In this document: piece after piece, positions 29,990 through 39,409 of the stretch
Numbering within the stretch: the stretch's first letter is position 1
Layout: each line of letters starts with the position of its first letter
From: Thermotogota bacterium
GTDB lineage: Bacteria; Bipolaricaulota; Bipolaricaulia; UBA7950; UBA9294
DNA length: 64,000 bases
Assembly (NCBI GenBank): GCA_039679545.1
Contig: JBDKUT010000163.1
Coordinates: forward strand, 1 to 64,000
Reading direction: 5' to 3'
Position numbers and translations under genes: made by a program
Notes under the pieces: model-generated
Seen by the model: the letters and a program-made list of their open reading frames with translations, nothing else
The model's database searches: none
Told to the model about the DNA's origin: nothing

Positions 29990-31454
29990 GAGAGCACGGC
30001 AAAGCGTTCCCGGGCTCGACGCAGGGCGTCCGCATCGACGCGTCCAAGAGGGGTCTCGGTCCGGCAGGTTCGCTCGGAGATCCGCAGCTATGCGGAGGCG
30101 AACCCCTCACGCGGTTTGAACGTCCACGTTCGCCGTAGCGTGTCGGCACCGATCCGATCAAGGTCGGCCGGGGTCACCGCGACCCCGAGGGGGCGAGCGC
30201 TTGCGCAACGGCGTCCGGCGCGTAGAGCCCGCGGGAGAAGAAACCGCCCACGAGGTTCGACAAAGCCTGTCTCCATCGCTCCTCCGCGAGGAGGACGTCA
30301 ACCGTTTCGTCGTCCGTTCGTGGCACCCCGCCCCCTGAAGCCTTCGGGGTGAGGCGGTCGCCAGCGCTATCGAGGTGGCTGTGACGAGAACCGGTGAGGA
30401 ATCCGAGGGGGCAGGCCGGCCCGGTGTGATACCCGGGCAATCTCGTTTCCATTGAGTGCAAGCGCGAACTCTCTCCCGCCGTAGACGGAGGACGCGTGCT
30501 CGACACCCCGAGTGAGCGGTAGAGGTCCGTGGGCCGACGGACGATTCGGCGGACCGCGGAGGCATACGCCTCCGACTCGCCCCACGCCAAGGGGACGCCG
30601 CCGAGATCATCCTTGGTGACGAGCCCCTTCTCGTACACCTCGGTGGACCAGGCGAGAATGCCCCCTCACTCAGCGCGTCGAGTCCCTGGTTTTCAACCTC
30701 GTCGGCAAGGCGCAGGATCCCCTCGGGATCGGCGACGCCGAGCAGACGCCCGAGGGCATAGATCAACTCACAATCGTAGCCTAGCGTGGATGTCTTGTAG
30801 AAAGTACGGCTCTTGGGGATGAGACTCCGGAGCGCGGCGAAGTAGATGCAGGCCACCGGGCAGTTGGCTGCAGGCGAGTCGGCGCCCAAGGAAGCGTCTG
30901 CCATCGCCTCACCGGAGATCGCTTCGGCCCCCTCGAACTGCGCCGCTTTGAGATTCCGCGCGGGAGCGCCCCGGACTCGTTCAAGGGAAAGACGTTCATC
31001 GGGGTCCCGAGGTTGTGGTACTTCTTCATGGCGGGCGACGTCGCCGCGGCGCGGAAGAGGGCGTCGTACTCGCGCCGGCACGCCGCCGGATCGGCTACCG
31101 AGAGCGTCCGATTCCCGGCAATCACGATCCCTTTACGCCGCTTGCTCCCGAAGACGGCGCCGAACGGGCCAGCATCGCGGCAGTTCCCGCATCCGATGCA
31201 CAGTTCGGGGTGAAGCCGAACCCCGCTGCCTTCGCGGGGCGTCAGAGCATCCGTGGGGCAAACCGCGCGCAGGGAGGCTCGGCGCAGGCACGGCAAACCA
31301 CAACGGCGAACCCCTTTCGCGTCCTGCCCGCTGATCGGACACCGATCCGCGACCCGGCCGTCCCTCCAACGCTCGCCCGCCGCGCACAAGCGAACAGGCA
31401 CAACTGGCAACCGACACAGCGGTCGACATCGATAACGTACAAGCGCCTGGCCAT
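29990..31454 (-). pseudogene. Decayed 4Fe-4S ferredoxin plus aldehyde:ferredoxin oxidoreductase (AOR) operon
   Basis: Ferredoxin motifs (RCVGCQLCLFAC, CRAC..PPC, CPTDAL, CIGCGNC) run straight into AOR motifs (GSK..KGIVI, KYHNLGT, CPVAC, ELIYALG, GLDALS, PGYHTGP, RHSHLD). Several frameshifts and stops. The 3' boundary is approximate. Confidence 0.85.
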
Positions 31455-31476
31455 GGCCTCCTTACCTCGAGCCACT

Positions 31477-33018
31477 CTAGAACGGCGGCGTGGAGGAAGC
31501 AACCGACCGCAGCCGAAGCATGTGCTGTGCCAGGCGATAGCTCACGCCCTTCGGGGTGACCGGGGCGATCTCCCACTCGAGCGTGACGAGCGCCTCGAGG
31601 AAGCGCCGGTCGTGGCTCACAAGGAGGAGCGCGCACTCCGTCTCACGCAGCGCCGATTCGAGGCACTCCACCGACGGCAGATCCATGTGATTGGTCGGCT
31701 CGTCCAGGATGATGAGGTGTGGTTCATCAACCATCCGGACAGCGAGCAAGAGCTTCCGCACCTCGCCGGGACTCGGAGCTCGGCTCTCCAGAACCCTCCG
31801 AGGGTCGGATCCGAGGCGGCTCACCCACTGCATCGCGACGCCGAGGTTTTTCCGGGGAAGGCGCCGTACGTCCTCGAGCAGGCCGGACGAGCTCTCAAGA
31901 GGAAGTTCCTGAGGGACGTAGAGCACTCGCTCGGGCGGAAGCGTCAGTCCCACGACAATGTGGCGGACAAGCGTGCTCTTTCCACTCCCGTTGGGTCCCG
32001 TGAGGGCTATCCGATCCCGGGGCTGAATATTGAGGTCGGGAAACTCCAAACGGCGAGGCGACCCCAGTTCGAGGCTTCCCGCGGCGACTCGCACGACCGC
32101 GTTGCGGTCCGATGGACGGCTGCGGAGGCCGATCCCGAGATCGCGCACCGGGGTTGGCGAGAGGGCCAACTCGCGTTCCGCCGTCTGGCGGAGCCGACCC
32201 TTCAGCTGGCGGAAGCCCTGTCCGGAACCGCGGTCGTGATCGCGTGCGGCCCTCGCCTTCTCCCGCGCGTCGTGATCTCGGGGCGCGACGCCACGCAAAG
32301 ACTTCTCCTGCTCCGCCTTCCACGCGCGGGTTCGACGCGCCTTGACTTCGCGTTCGAGCCTCGCGCACTCCTTTCGGAGCTTCCTGCGAGCCTCGCGCGC
32401 TGCGCTCTCTTCGTCCCGGATGGCACGCATCGCCGCGGTGTACCCGCCGGCGCGAAGCTCGACACCTGGAGGAGACACGAAGAGCGAGTGAGCGCAGAGG
32501 CCGTCCAACAGGTCGCGGTCATGGCTGACCAGAAGTCCGATGCCGCGATACGTCCGCAGCGCCTGCAGAACTCTCTCCCGACCGGCCGCGTCAAGGTGGT
32601 TCGTCGGCTCGTCGGCGGCGAGCAAGTCCGGCTTGAGCCACAGGCTCGTCGCGATCTGCATGCGCTTGCGCTCGCCGTCGGAGAGGGTGTCCCAGCGGCG
32701 GAGCCAATCGTCGTCGATCCCGAGAATGCCGCGCAGTCGAAAGGCCTCCGCGTCGTTCGAAGCGAGGAAGCTCGCCGATTCCGGCATGGGCGCGTCGGTT
32801 CGCTGGGGACAGTACACGCGCGCCGCGGGCGCATCGATCCTCCCGCGGCGGGGAACGAGTTCTCCGCACGCAAGCCGCAGCAGGGTCGTCTTGCCGCACC
32901 CGTTCACACCGATGAAACCTGTCCATCCGGAGCCGACCCCGACCTCGATCCCCGAGAAGAGCGCGTCCGGCGAACCAACGTACGCGAAGGAAACGCTGTG
33001 GAAGATGAGCGACGACAC
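31477..33018 (-). CDS. ABC-F ATPase (candidate ribosome-protection/ARE-type)
   Basis: [25 protein letters not shown] and GPNGSGKST/PSPGEVRK/DEPTNHMD, no TM segments. AAGGAGG RBS before GTG 33018. Confidence 0.85.
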   Translation of the reverse strand: MSSLIFHSVSFAYVGSPDALFSGIEVGVGSGWTGFIGVNGCGKTTLLRLACGELVPRRGRIDAPAARVYCPQRTDAPMPESASFLASNDAEAFRLRGILGIDDDWLRRWDTLSDGERKRMQIATSLWLKPDLLAADEPTNHLDAAGRERVLQALRTYRGIGLLVSHDRDLLDGLCAHSLFVSPPGVELRAGGYTAAMRAIRDEESAAREARRKLRKECARLEREVKARRTRAWKAEQEKSLRGVAPRDHDAREKARAARDHDRGSGQGFRQLKGRLRQTAERELALSPTPVRDLGIGLRSRPSDRNAVVRVAAGSLELGSPRRLEFPDLNIQPRDRIALTGPNGSGKSTLVRHIVVGLTLPPERVLYVPQELPLESSSGLLEDVRRLPRKNLGVAMQWVSRLGSDPRRVLESRAPSPGEVRKLLLAVRMVDEPHLIILDEPTNHMDLPSVECLESALRETECALLLVSHDRRFLEALVTLEWEIAPVTPKGVSYRLAQHMLRLRSVASSTPPF

Positions 33019-33222
33019 GTGCCCTCCTTCGTCTCTAGAGAGACGCACGCGGGCACGCCGTCGAACAAGAGGGAAAAGAGAGACAGGAAAGCAGCCCACG
33101 CGCGTCCATTGCGCGGCTGTACGTCAGCCGCGGATGTTCGCCGCGATCGAGCTACTCCGTCATCGGAATGCCTCCCTGAATCACTGCACTCCAGTATAGC
33201 GGCCGCATCGGCCGTCGCTCAA
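33018..33222 (-). promoter_or_regulatory. Promoter and leader attenuator of the ABC-F gene
   Basis: TTGAGC (33217-33222)-18 bp-TATACT (33193-33198), uORF with RBS, overlapping stems, U-rich tract and RBS hairpin (see findings). Confidence 0.7.
33152..33163 (-). CDS. Leader peptide uORF (Met-Thr-Glu-stop)
   Basis: GGGAGG (33171-33176), 7-nt spacer, then ATG ACG GAG TAG. Confidence 0.6.
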   Translation of the reverse strand: MTE

Positions 33223-33242
33223 CGTCCAGGCGAATTCTCGAG

Positions 33243-34226
33243 CTACAGCTTCATTCCCATCGACTTGTTCGACGTGCGGGGGACAAAGCCGAGTGTCTCG
33301 GCTTCGCGAGCGACGGATGGCATCCACGCAGGTACGAAGATCTCAACCCGCAGCGTCGGGCTCTTCGCGAGAACCTCGGAGAGCGCCTTGCGCACAAGGT
33401 ACGGAGCGAGGTCCGCGTGCGCTGGGTCGAGACGGGCTCGGATAGAGTTCGTCCCCTTTCCCTTCTTCGACACCGACCACCCGGCGCGAGCGACGATGAC
33501 GTGATCGTGGGTGCGCCGAACGATGACATCGCGATCCCGCGCGGTCTCGAAAAGCGGAGCCACGACGCGAATGGGCCAGGGTGTTCGGTAGCGGCCGGGG
33601 GTGATGGGCTCGAACTCCTGGAGGCCGGCAGGTACGACGCGCTTGTCCATCTCGTAGCGCGTACGCCAGTCGAACTCCGCGAGGGCCTCCTCGACGTAGC
33701 CCGCGGGCAACGGTGGCCGGTCGACGCCTCCGGCCGGCGTGAGCGAGTACCGGGTCGACCCGCCGTACTCGACAAACCCAAGCGAGCGGTAGAGGGACTG
33801 TGCAGGTGTGTTCCCGTCGATCACGCCGAGTCGGACCCGGGAGCCGCCTCTTGCCCGCATCATGTCGAGCGTCGCGACGAGCAGCTGCCGCGCCACGCCG
33901 CGCCCGCGCCACGCCGGGAGGACCCCGACAGTTCCGATGTACCACATGGACGTCGTTCCCTCGCGCTGCGCGATCGTCAGTCCGCAGATCGCTCCGCCGC
34001 CCTCCCACACGAAGCCCCGGATCAGGTCGCGCATCCCGGGAGAGACGAGCGCAAGCGCTCGGACGACCGGCCAGATACGGCGGATCCGCTGTATCCCATC
34101 GACAAGCTGTTCCTGTTCGTCCGACCGGACACCCCATTCCGGGTGCTCCGGGTACTGGAACGTCTTGACAAGCATGTCGGCGGCGGGGATCAAGTCCCGC
34201 GGCAGACGCAACGGACGTACGGTCAT
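33243..34226 (-). CDS. GNAT-family acetyltransferase (tandem GNAT)
   Basis: YIGTVGVLPAWRGRGVARQL and NTPAQSLYRSLGF. AAGGAG RBS. Confidence 0.85.
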   Translation of the reverse strand: MTVRPLRLPRDLIPAADMLVKTFQYPEHPEWGVRSDEQEQLVDGIQRIRRIWPVVRALALVSPGMRDLIRGFVWEGGGAICGLTIAQREGTTSMWYIGTVGVLPAWRGRGVARQLLVATLDMMRARGGSRVRLGVIDGNTPAQSLYRSLGFVEYGGSTRYSLTPAGGVDRPPLPAGYVEEALAEFDWRTRYEMDKRVVPAGLQEFEPITPGRYRTPWPIRVVAPLFETARDRDVIVRRTHDHVIVARAGWSVSKKGKGTNSIRARLDPAHADLAPYLVRKALSEVLAKSPTLRVEIFVPAWMPSVAREAETLGFVPRTSNKSMGMKL

Positions 34227-34466
34227 GATGTCTCCTTCGTGGCGAGGCCCTTCGCCATCTGACGTGGCCGCGACGCCGCACCTGCGGCGCGGGCGGGCCA
34301 TCGTACGTCGTCGAAAAGCGACGTAGCGGTTCAGCGGTCGGCGGCCTTCGCGGCGAGCGCTGTGCCCCGTCTCGCAGGGTCTCTCGAGGGGAAGTCTCCG
34401 ATTCGTCACGGATCCACGATCCTCGCTATAGTCGCGGGGGAACAACCCGAAGGAAAGGAGCCGCGG

Positions 34467-34934
34467 ATGAAGGGAAATGCCAAGGTCATTGCCAAACTGA
34501 ACGCTCGACTGGCCGAGGAATTGGCGGCCGTGAACCAGTACATCCTGCATTCGGAGATGTGCGCGAATTGGGGGTACGGGAAGCTCCACGAGGTGATCGA
34601 GAAGCGGGCGATCGACGAGATGAAGCACGCCGAGATGCTCATCGCGCGCATCTTGTTCCTCGAGGGGAAGCCGACGGTGAGCAAGCTCGCCGACATCCAC
34701 GTCGGTGACAAGGTCGAGACGCAGTTCAAGAACGATCTCGCCGCCGAGCACGGCGCCGTCAAGGCGTACAACGACGACATCCGCTCCGCCGACGAGCTGG
34801 AAGACGGCGGAACGCGCGATCTCCTCGAGAAAATCCTGAACGACGAGGAGGACCACGTCGATTGGATTGAGGCCCAGATCGACCAGATCGCGCAGATGGG
34901 GATTTCGAACTACCTCGCGGAACAGCGCGGCTGA
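34467..34934 (+). CDS. bfr: Bacterioferritin
   Basis: MKGNAKVIAKLN..EELAAVNQYILH, IDEMKHAE (heme Met and ferroxidase residues) and DEEDHVDW. Confidence 0.95.
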   Translation: MKGNAKVIAKLNARLAEELAAVNQYILHSEMCANWGYGKLHEVIEKRAIDEMKHAEMLIARILFLEGKPTVSKLADIHVGDKVETQFKNDLAAEHGAVKAYNDDIRSADELEDGGTRDLLEKILNDEEDHVDWIEAQIDQIAQMGISNYLAEQRG

Positions 34935-34956
34935 CGCCGTACCGCTTGGCCGCGGC

Positions 34957-35520
34957 CTACCCCGCGGAGGCTCGCCTCATCCACTCGGCTCGTGAGATCT
35001 CGTAGACGTAGTGCGGAACGGGCGTCGTGAAGTCCCGCATCAACGCGGGAAACCCAGCGACGCCCTCTCCGACGCGCTTCATCGCCGCCGACTCCTGCAT
35101 CCGGATGGAGGCGATGTTCGCCACGTTCGGCGTACCTCGGACAATGACGCACGTTGTGCGCAAGAACGCCTGATCAACAAGCGCCGCCCACAACTCGCGG
35201 CCGTAGCCGCGGCCCCAGAAGGACGGATGAAGCTTGATGTCCGGCTCGCTGACGCCTGACGGACTCGGCTCCCCAAGCATGCACTGGCCAACCGGTTCTC
35301 CGTTGACGCACAGCTCCGCGATGAGGAGCACGTCATCTCCACGGCCGCGCTCGATGCGGCGCGGGACGTCTGTGGCCGCCGTCGGGATTCCGTGTGGGAA
35401 GCCTACGAACCGCATCACTCGAGGATCGCTCCAGAGCGACGCGATGAACGCGGCATCCTCAGGCACGGCGTCCCGGACAACGAGCCGCCGGGTCTCGAGC
35501 CGGACGCGCGTCTTCCTCAC
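34957..35520 (-). CDS. GNAT acetyltransferase, RimJ/RimL-like
   Basis: LETRRLVVR, LHPSFWGRGYGRE and NIASIRMQE. GTG overlaps the upstream stop codon. Confidence 0.85.
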   Translation of the reverse strand: MRKTRVRLETRRLVVRDAVPEDAAFIASLWSDPRVMRFVGFPHGIPTAATDVPRRIERGRGDDVLLIAELCVNGEPVGQCMLGEPSPSGVSEPDIKLHPSFWGRGYGRELWAALVDQAFLRTTCVIVRGTPNVANIASIRMQESAAMKRVGEGVAGFPALMRDFTTPVPHYVYEISRAEWMRRASAG

Positions 35521-36347
35521 GTCTGGCACCGCGGGCAGACGTAACAGGACCCGCCGAGGTACTGCGTCTTCGCGATCGGAGTGCCGCAGGTCGGACACGG
35601 CCGCCCGGCCGCGCGGCCGTCGAGGAGGGGCACGTAGCGCCCGGGTTCGTCGAAGAGATCCCGTTCGGTGTCACGCCCGCCGAGGTTCGCCGCCTCTTGG
35701 AGCGTCTGGCGAAGCGCGCGGTACAACGCCGCCCTCTCCTCCGGCGAGAGGCTCGACACCTTGCGCTTGGGGCTCAAGCGCGCGCGGAACAGGACGTCCT
35801 GCAGGTACCCATTCCCGATTCCCGCGACGTTCGGCGAGTGCGTCAAGAAGGCCTTGATCGGTTTGTCCTGGCCCGCCGCGTGGCGATCTAGCCGCTCGAA
35901 GAACGCAGCCTCCGTGAACCCGGCGTCGAGCGGCGTAAACGCGAGGGTCCCCGCGTAGGGATGCCGGACGATCTCATCCTGTGTGAGCACGCCGAGGAAA
36001 CCCCACATTTGGATCGCGAGCGAGAAGTGCGACCCGTCGTCGAACTCCGCGATCCAGTGTCGCTTGGCGGGAATCGGCGTCCCCGCGGGGTGGAAGAGAA
36101 GGCGCCCGCCGAACTCGCCGAACAGGAGCGTCCGCCCGTCATCCAGGCTACAGAAGATCCACCGCCCGCGGGAAGTTGCCTCCTCGATACGGCGGCCCGC
36201 CAGGGCGCGTTCGAAGGCGGGCGTGTCGGGCGAAAGGAAGAGGAACTTGGGACGTCCGGCTGGCACTTCCACACGCACGATCGTCCTCCCGACAACCGTC
36301 CCCTCAAGTTGCCGCGCCAGATGGATGACCTCCGGGAGCTCGAACAT
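35517..36347 (-). CDS. Fpg/Nei-family DNA glycosylase-like protein
   Basis: MFELPEV N-terminus, AGIGNGYLQDVLFRA H2TH and the C-terminal CPTC...CPRCQ zinc finger. Confidence 0.85.
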   Translation of the reverse strand: MFELPEVIHLARQLEGTVVGRTIVRVEVPAGRPKFLFLSPDTPAFERALAGRRIEEATSRGRWIFCSLDDGRTLLFGEFGGRLLFHPAGTPIPAKRHWIAEFDDGSHFSLAIQMWGFLGVLTQDEIVRHPYAGTLAFTPLDAGFTEAAFFERLDRHAAGQDKPIKAFLTHSPNVAGIGNGYLQDVLFRARLSPKRKVSSLSPEERAALYRALRQTLQEAANLGGRDTERDLFDEPGRYVPLLDGRAAGRPCPTCGTPIAKTQYLGGSCYVCPRCQT

Positions 36348-36356
36348 GCCAACCTC

Positions 36357-36803
36357 CTACTCGATGCGCTGCAGGCCCAAGTATCGTGTCTTGGGAAACC
36401 CGCGCTGCAGGTCGTCCCAAAGGAGTCCCTTCAGGATCGCCGGATGAACGACCCAATCAGCCATTTCGCCGCGGGACGCGAAGCACGCTTCGACGACAAA
36501 GCCTTCGTCGGGGTCTCGGTGCTCGACGGTCGGCGACCCCTCGGCCGCCCGCGCGAGAATCCAGAACTTGCAGAAGTGGAGGTCCCCCTCGAGAAACTCC
36601 TCGATGTAGACGACGCGCTCGGGCACGACGTTGAGGCCCGTCTCTTCATACGTCTCGCGCCGGGCGCAGTCGAAGATCGACTCCTCGCCGCGAAGCCGCC
36701 CGCCGGGGGGGACCCAGAAGTCCTGTCGGCTGTCCAGGTGGTGCACGACCAGAAGAGCGCCCTCCCGGGCGACGATCGCGCCGGCACTGATCGCGTAGCG
36801 CAT
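36357..36803 (-). CDS. NUDIX hydrolase
   Basis: WVPPGGRLRGEESIFDCARRETYEETGL Nudix box. Confidence 0.88.
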   Translation of the reverse strand: MRYAISAGAIVAREGALLVVHHLDSRQDFWVPPGGRLRGEESIFDCARRETYEETGLNVVPERVVYIEEFLEGDLHFCKFWILARAAEGSPTVEHRDPDEGFVVEACFASRGEMADWVVHPAILKGLLWDDLQRGFPKTRYLGLQRIE

Positions 36804-36896
36804 GGTCTTGTGAGTGTCTTCCCGAGGCCGTCCGGCTTCAATCCCTCCCCATGGCGCGCCCAACCTCGATCGGCTATGGTAGCCATCGAGGGGACG

Positions 36897-38921
36897 ATGG
36901 CTCACGATTCCTGGCTTGACGAACTGAATCCCGCACAGCGCGCCGCCGTCACGCACGGCGCTGGCCCGCTGCTCGTCGTGGCGGGTGCCGGCACCGGCAA
37001 GACGAAGACCCTCGCCTATCGCGTCGCCTACCTGATCTCGCAAGGCGTCGACCCAGGGCGGATTCTCCTCCTCACGTTCACGCGCCGTGCGGCGCAGGAG
37101 ATGCTTGAGCGCGCGTCAACCATCGTCGCTCGCGGTGCCTCGTCGGCAGGACGGGTCTGGGGAGGCACGTTCCACTCGATGGCCCACCGCCTGCTCCGGC
37201 TCTACGCTCCGTCTATCGGGATCGCCCGTGACTTCACCGTCCTCGATCAGGGCGATGCAGAGAACCTGATCCACTTCATCCGCCACGAGATGGGCCTCCA
37301 CGAGAAGGAAAAGCGATTCCCTCGAAAGGGAACGTGTCTCGCCATTTACTCGCGCTGCGTGAACTCCGGTGACGACCTCAAGGCCGTCCTCGAGCGCGAC
37401 TTCCCGTGGTGCGATGAATGGGAAGAGGAGCTCCGGACGCTGTTCAGGAAGTACGTCGTCCGCAAGCAGGATCGAAGCGTCCTCGATTATGACGACCTCC
37501 TCCTGTACTGGATGGCTCTGCTCGACGTCCCGCAGCTGGCCGACGAGATCGGCGGACGGTTCGATCACGTTCTCGTGGACGAGTACCAGGACACGAACAT
37601 CGTGCAGGCGCGGATTCTCTTCGGGATGCGCAAGACGTGCCGCAACCTCATGGTCGTCGGCGATGACGCCCAGAGCATCTATGCGTTCCGCGGCGCCACG
37701 GTGCGCAACATGCTCGATTTCCCAGCGCAGTTCCCGGGAGCGACGATCGTCAAGCTTGAGCAGAACTACCGATCCGTCCTCCCGATCCTCGACACGGCGA
37801 ATCGCCTGATCGCCGGGGCAAGCGAACGATTCGTCAAGGACCTCTGGTCGGAACGTCGGAGCACGACCCGACCGAAGCTCGTCACCTGCAAGGACGCCGC
37901 CGAGCAGGACGAGTACGTCGTCGACGCCGTGCTTCGGCACTACGAGGAAGGCATTCCCCTCCGCCGCCAGGCGATCCTCTTCCGCGCTGCCCACCTCTCC
38001 GACACACTCGAGATCGAGCTCGCGCGGCGGAACATCCCGTACCACAAGTACGGCGGGCTCCGTTTTCTCGAAGCCGCTCACGTGAAGGACCTACTCGCCT
38101 TTCTCCGCGTGCTTGAGAATCCTCGCGACGAGCTGGCGTGGTTCCGCATCCTTGAACTTCTGGAGGGAGTCGGTCCGACAACGGCGTCACACGTCGTCGA
38201 GCACGTCGGACAGAGCGGCAATGACCCGCGTGTTGTTCGCTCGTTCGGCGGCTCTGCCGCCGCGCGTGCCGGTCTCGCCGACCTCGCCGATGTCTTCGAC
38301 GACCTCGTCCCGCTCGGACCGAAGAACCCCGAGGCGCAGATTGAGCGGATCCGACGCTTCTATGACCCCGTGTTCGAGAGAACGTATGAGAACCCGGTTG
38401 TTCGGGTCCGCGACCTGATCAGTCTTGAGCAGATTGCCGGGGGATACCGCTCACGACACCAGTTCCTCGCCGACGTTCAACTCGACCCGCCGACCTCAAC
38501 GAGCGATCTCGCCGGAGCCCCCCACCTGGACGAGGATTGGCTCGTTTTGTCGACGATCCACTCGGCCAAGGGGTGCGAGTGGGACGTCGTCTACCTCATC
38601 CACGCCGCCGATGGATTCCTCCCGTCCGACCTCTCGACCGGCTCGCAGGATGAGATTGAGGAGGAGCGCCGCCTCGTCTACGTAGCGCTCACCCGAGCGA
38701 AGGATCACCTCTACATCACGTGGCCTCTGCGCTACTACCACAAGTGGTACGCGCTCGGTGACGACCACGGCTACGCCCAGCTCTGTCGCTTCTTCACCCC
38801 AGACGTGCTCGACACGATCGACAACGTTGCACTCGCGGCACCCAAAGAGAGGGACGACGGAGGATCGTTCTACGACGTCGACGCGGACGTACGGCAGCGG
38901 ATGCGTGACATGTGGGAGTAG
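36897..38921 (+). CDS. ATP-dependent DNA helicase, UvrD/PcrA/Rep family
   Basis: AGAGTGKT, LTFTRRAA, VLVDEYQDTN, VGDDAQSIYAFRGA, LEQNYRS, STIHSAKGCEW and EERRLVYVALTRAK. Confidence 0.93.
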   Translation: MAHDSWLDELNPAQRAAVTHGAGPLLVVAGAGTGKTKTLAYRVAYLISQGVDPGRILLLTFTRRAAQEMLERASTIVARGASSAGRVWGGTFHSMAHRLLRLYAPSIGIARDFTVLDQGDAENLIHFIRHEMGLHEKEKRFPRKGTCLAIYSRCVNSGDDLKAVLERDFPWCDEWEEELRTLFRKYVVRKQDRSVLDYDDLLLYWMALLDVPQLADEIGGRFDHVLVDEYQDTNIVQARILFGMRKTCRNLMVVGDDAQSIYAFRGATVRNMLDFPAQFPGATIVKLEQNYRSVLPILDTANRLIAGASERFVKDLWSERRSTTRPKLVTCKDAAEQDEYVVDAVLRHYEEGIPLRRQAILFRAAHLSDTLEIELARRNIPYHKYGGLRFLEAAHVKDLLAFLRVLENPRDELAWFRILELLEGVGPTTASHVVEHVGQSGNDPRVVRSFGGSAAARAGLADLADVFDDLVPLGPKNPEAQIERIRRFYDPVFERTYENPVVRVRDLISLEQIAGGYRSRHQFLADVQLDPPTSTSDLAGAPHLDEDWLVLSTIHSAKGCEWDVVYLIHAADGFLPSDLSTGSQDEIEEERRLVYVALTRAKDHLYITWPLRYYHKWYALGDDHGYAQLCRFFTPDVLDTIDNVALAAPKERDDGGSFYDVDADVRQRMRDMWE

Positions 38922-39012
38922 CCAGTTCTGTGGGCGACGCCGGCCCTCCGAGGAGTGAGAGCCTCGAGCGCGCCTGTTCCATTCCATTGGGTTGTAGCGA
39001 CATGCGGCGGTA

Positions 39013-39096
39013 TTGACGAGGACCGGCCTCGGATTATAATGGCAACGATTTCGGAAAACGATACACCTTAGAACTGAACAGCGCGAAAACGTTTTC
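39013..39096 (+). promoter_or_regulatory. Sigma70 promoter and LacI-type operators (copy 1)
   Basis: TTGACG-16-TATAAT (39013-39040), GGCAACGATTTC, GAAAACGATACA and the perfect palindrome GAAAACGTTTTC (39085-39096). Confidence 0.8.
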
Positions 39097-39107
39097 CGAA
39101 ACAGCCC

Positions 39108-39398
39108 ATGAACCGACGAGAGCCGAGGAAGCGAGCCACAGTCCGCGACGTCGCACTTCGCGCCAGTGTATCCATCGGCAACGTCTCCCGAGTGATCAAC
39201 TACGGTGTCTCCTCCCAAGTGCACGACACGACGCTCACGCGTCTGACCCAGGGTGCATATCAACTCACGCGATCCACAATTACAGGAGACACCCCGCAAG
39301 CACGAGCGATACGAAAACGCTGCCCGTGCAGCAAGGGAGGTGGTCGCAGAGCCAATGCGCTTGGTGCATTACGTGATGATAATGTCATATACATTTAA
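39108..39398 (+). pseudogene. Internally deleted LacI remnant (HTH only)
   Basis: MNRREPRKRATVRDVALRASVSIGNVSRVIN is nearly identical to the N-terminus of the LacI at 45164. The ligand-binding domain is absent. Confidence 0.85.
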
Positions 39399-39409
39399 AG
39401 GAGGTTGCG

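Noticed and set aside
29990..31454. Recoding (Sec/Pyl readthrough or programmed frameshift) explaining the AOR stops
   Set aside because: Several independent frameshifts, lost Cys ligands and a large deletion fit decay better. Neighbouring genes are intact, which argues against general sequencing error.
31015..33504. 829-aa + strand ORF
   Set aside because: Antisense to the ABC-F gene, which carries all the recognisable motifs.
35961..36896. 312-aa N-terminal extension on the UvrD ORF
   Set aside because: It overlaps two well-supported minus-strand genes. Helicase homology begins at MAHDSWLDELNPAQ.
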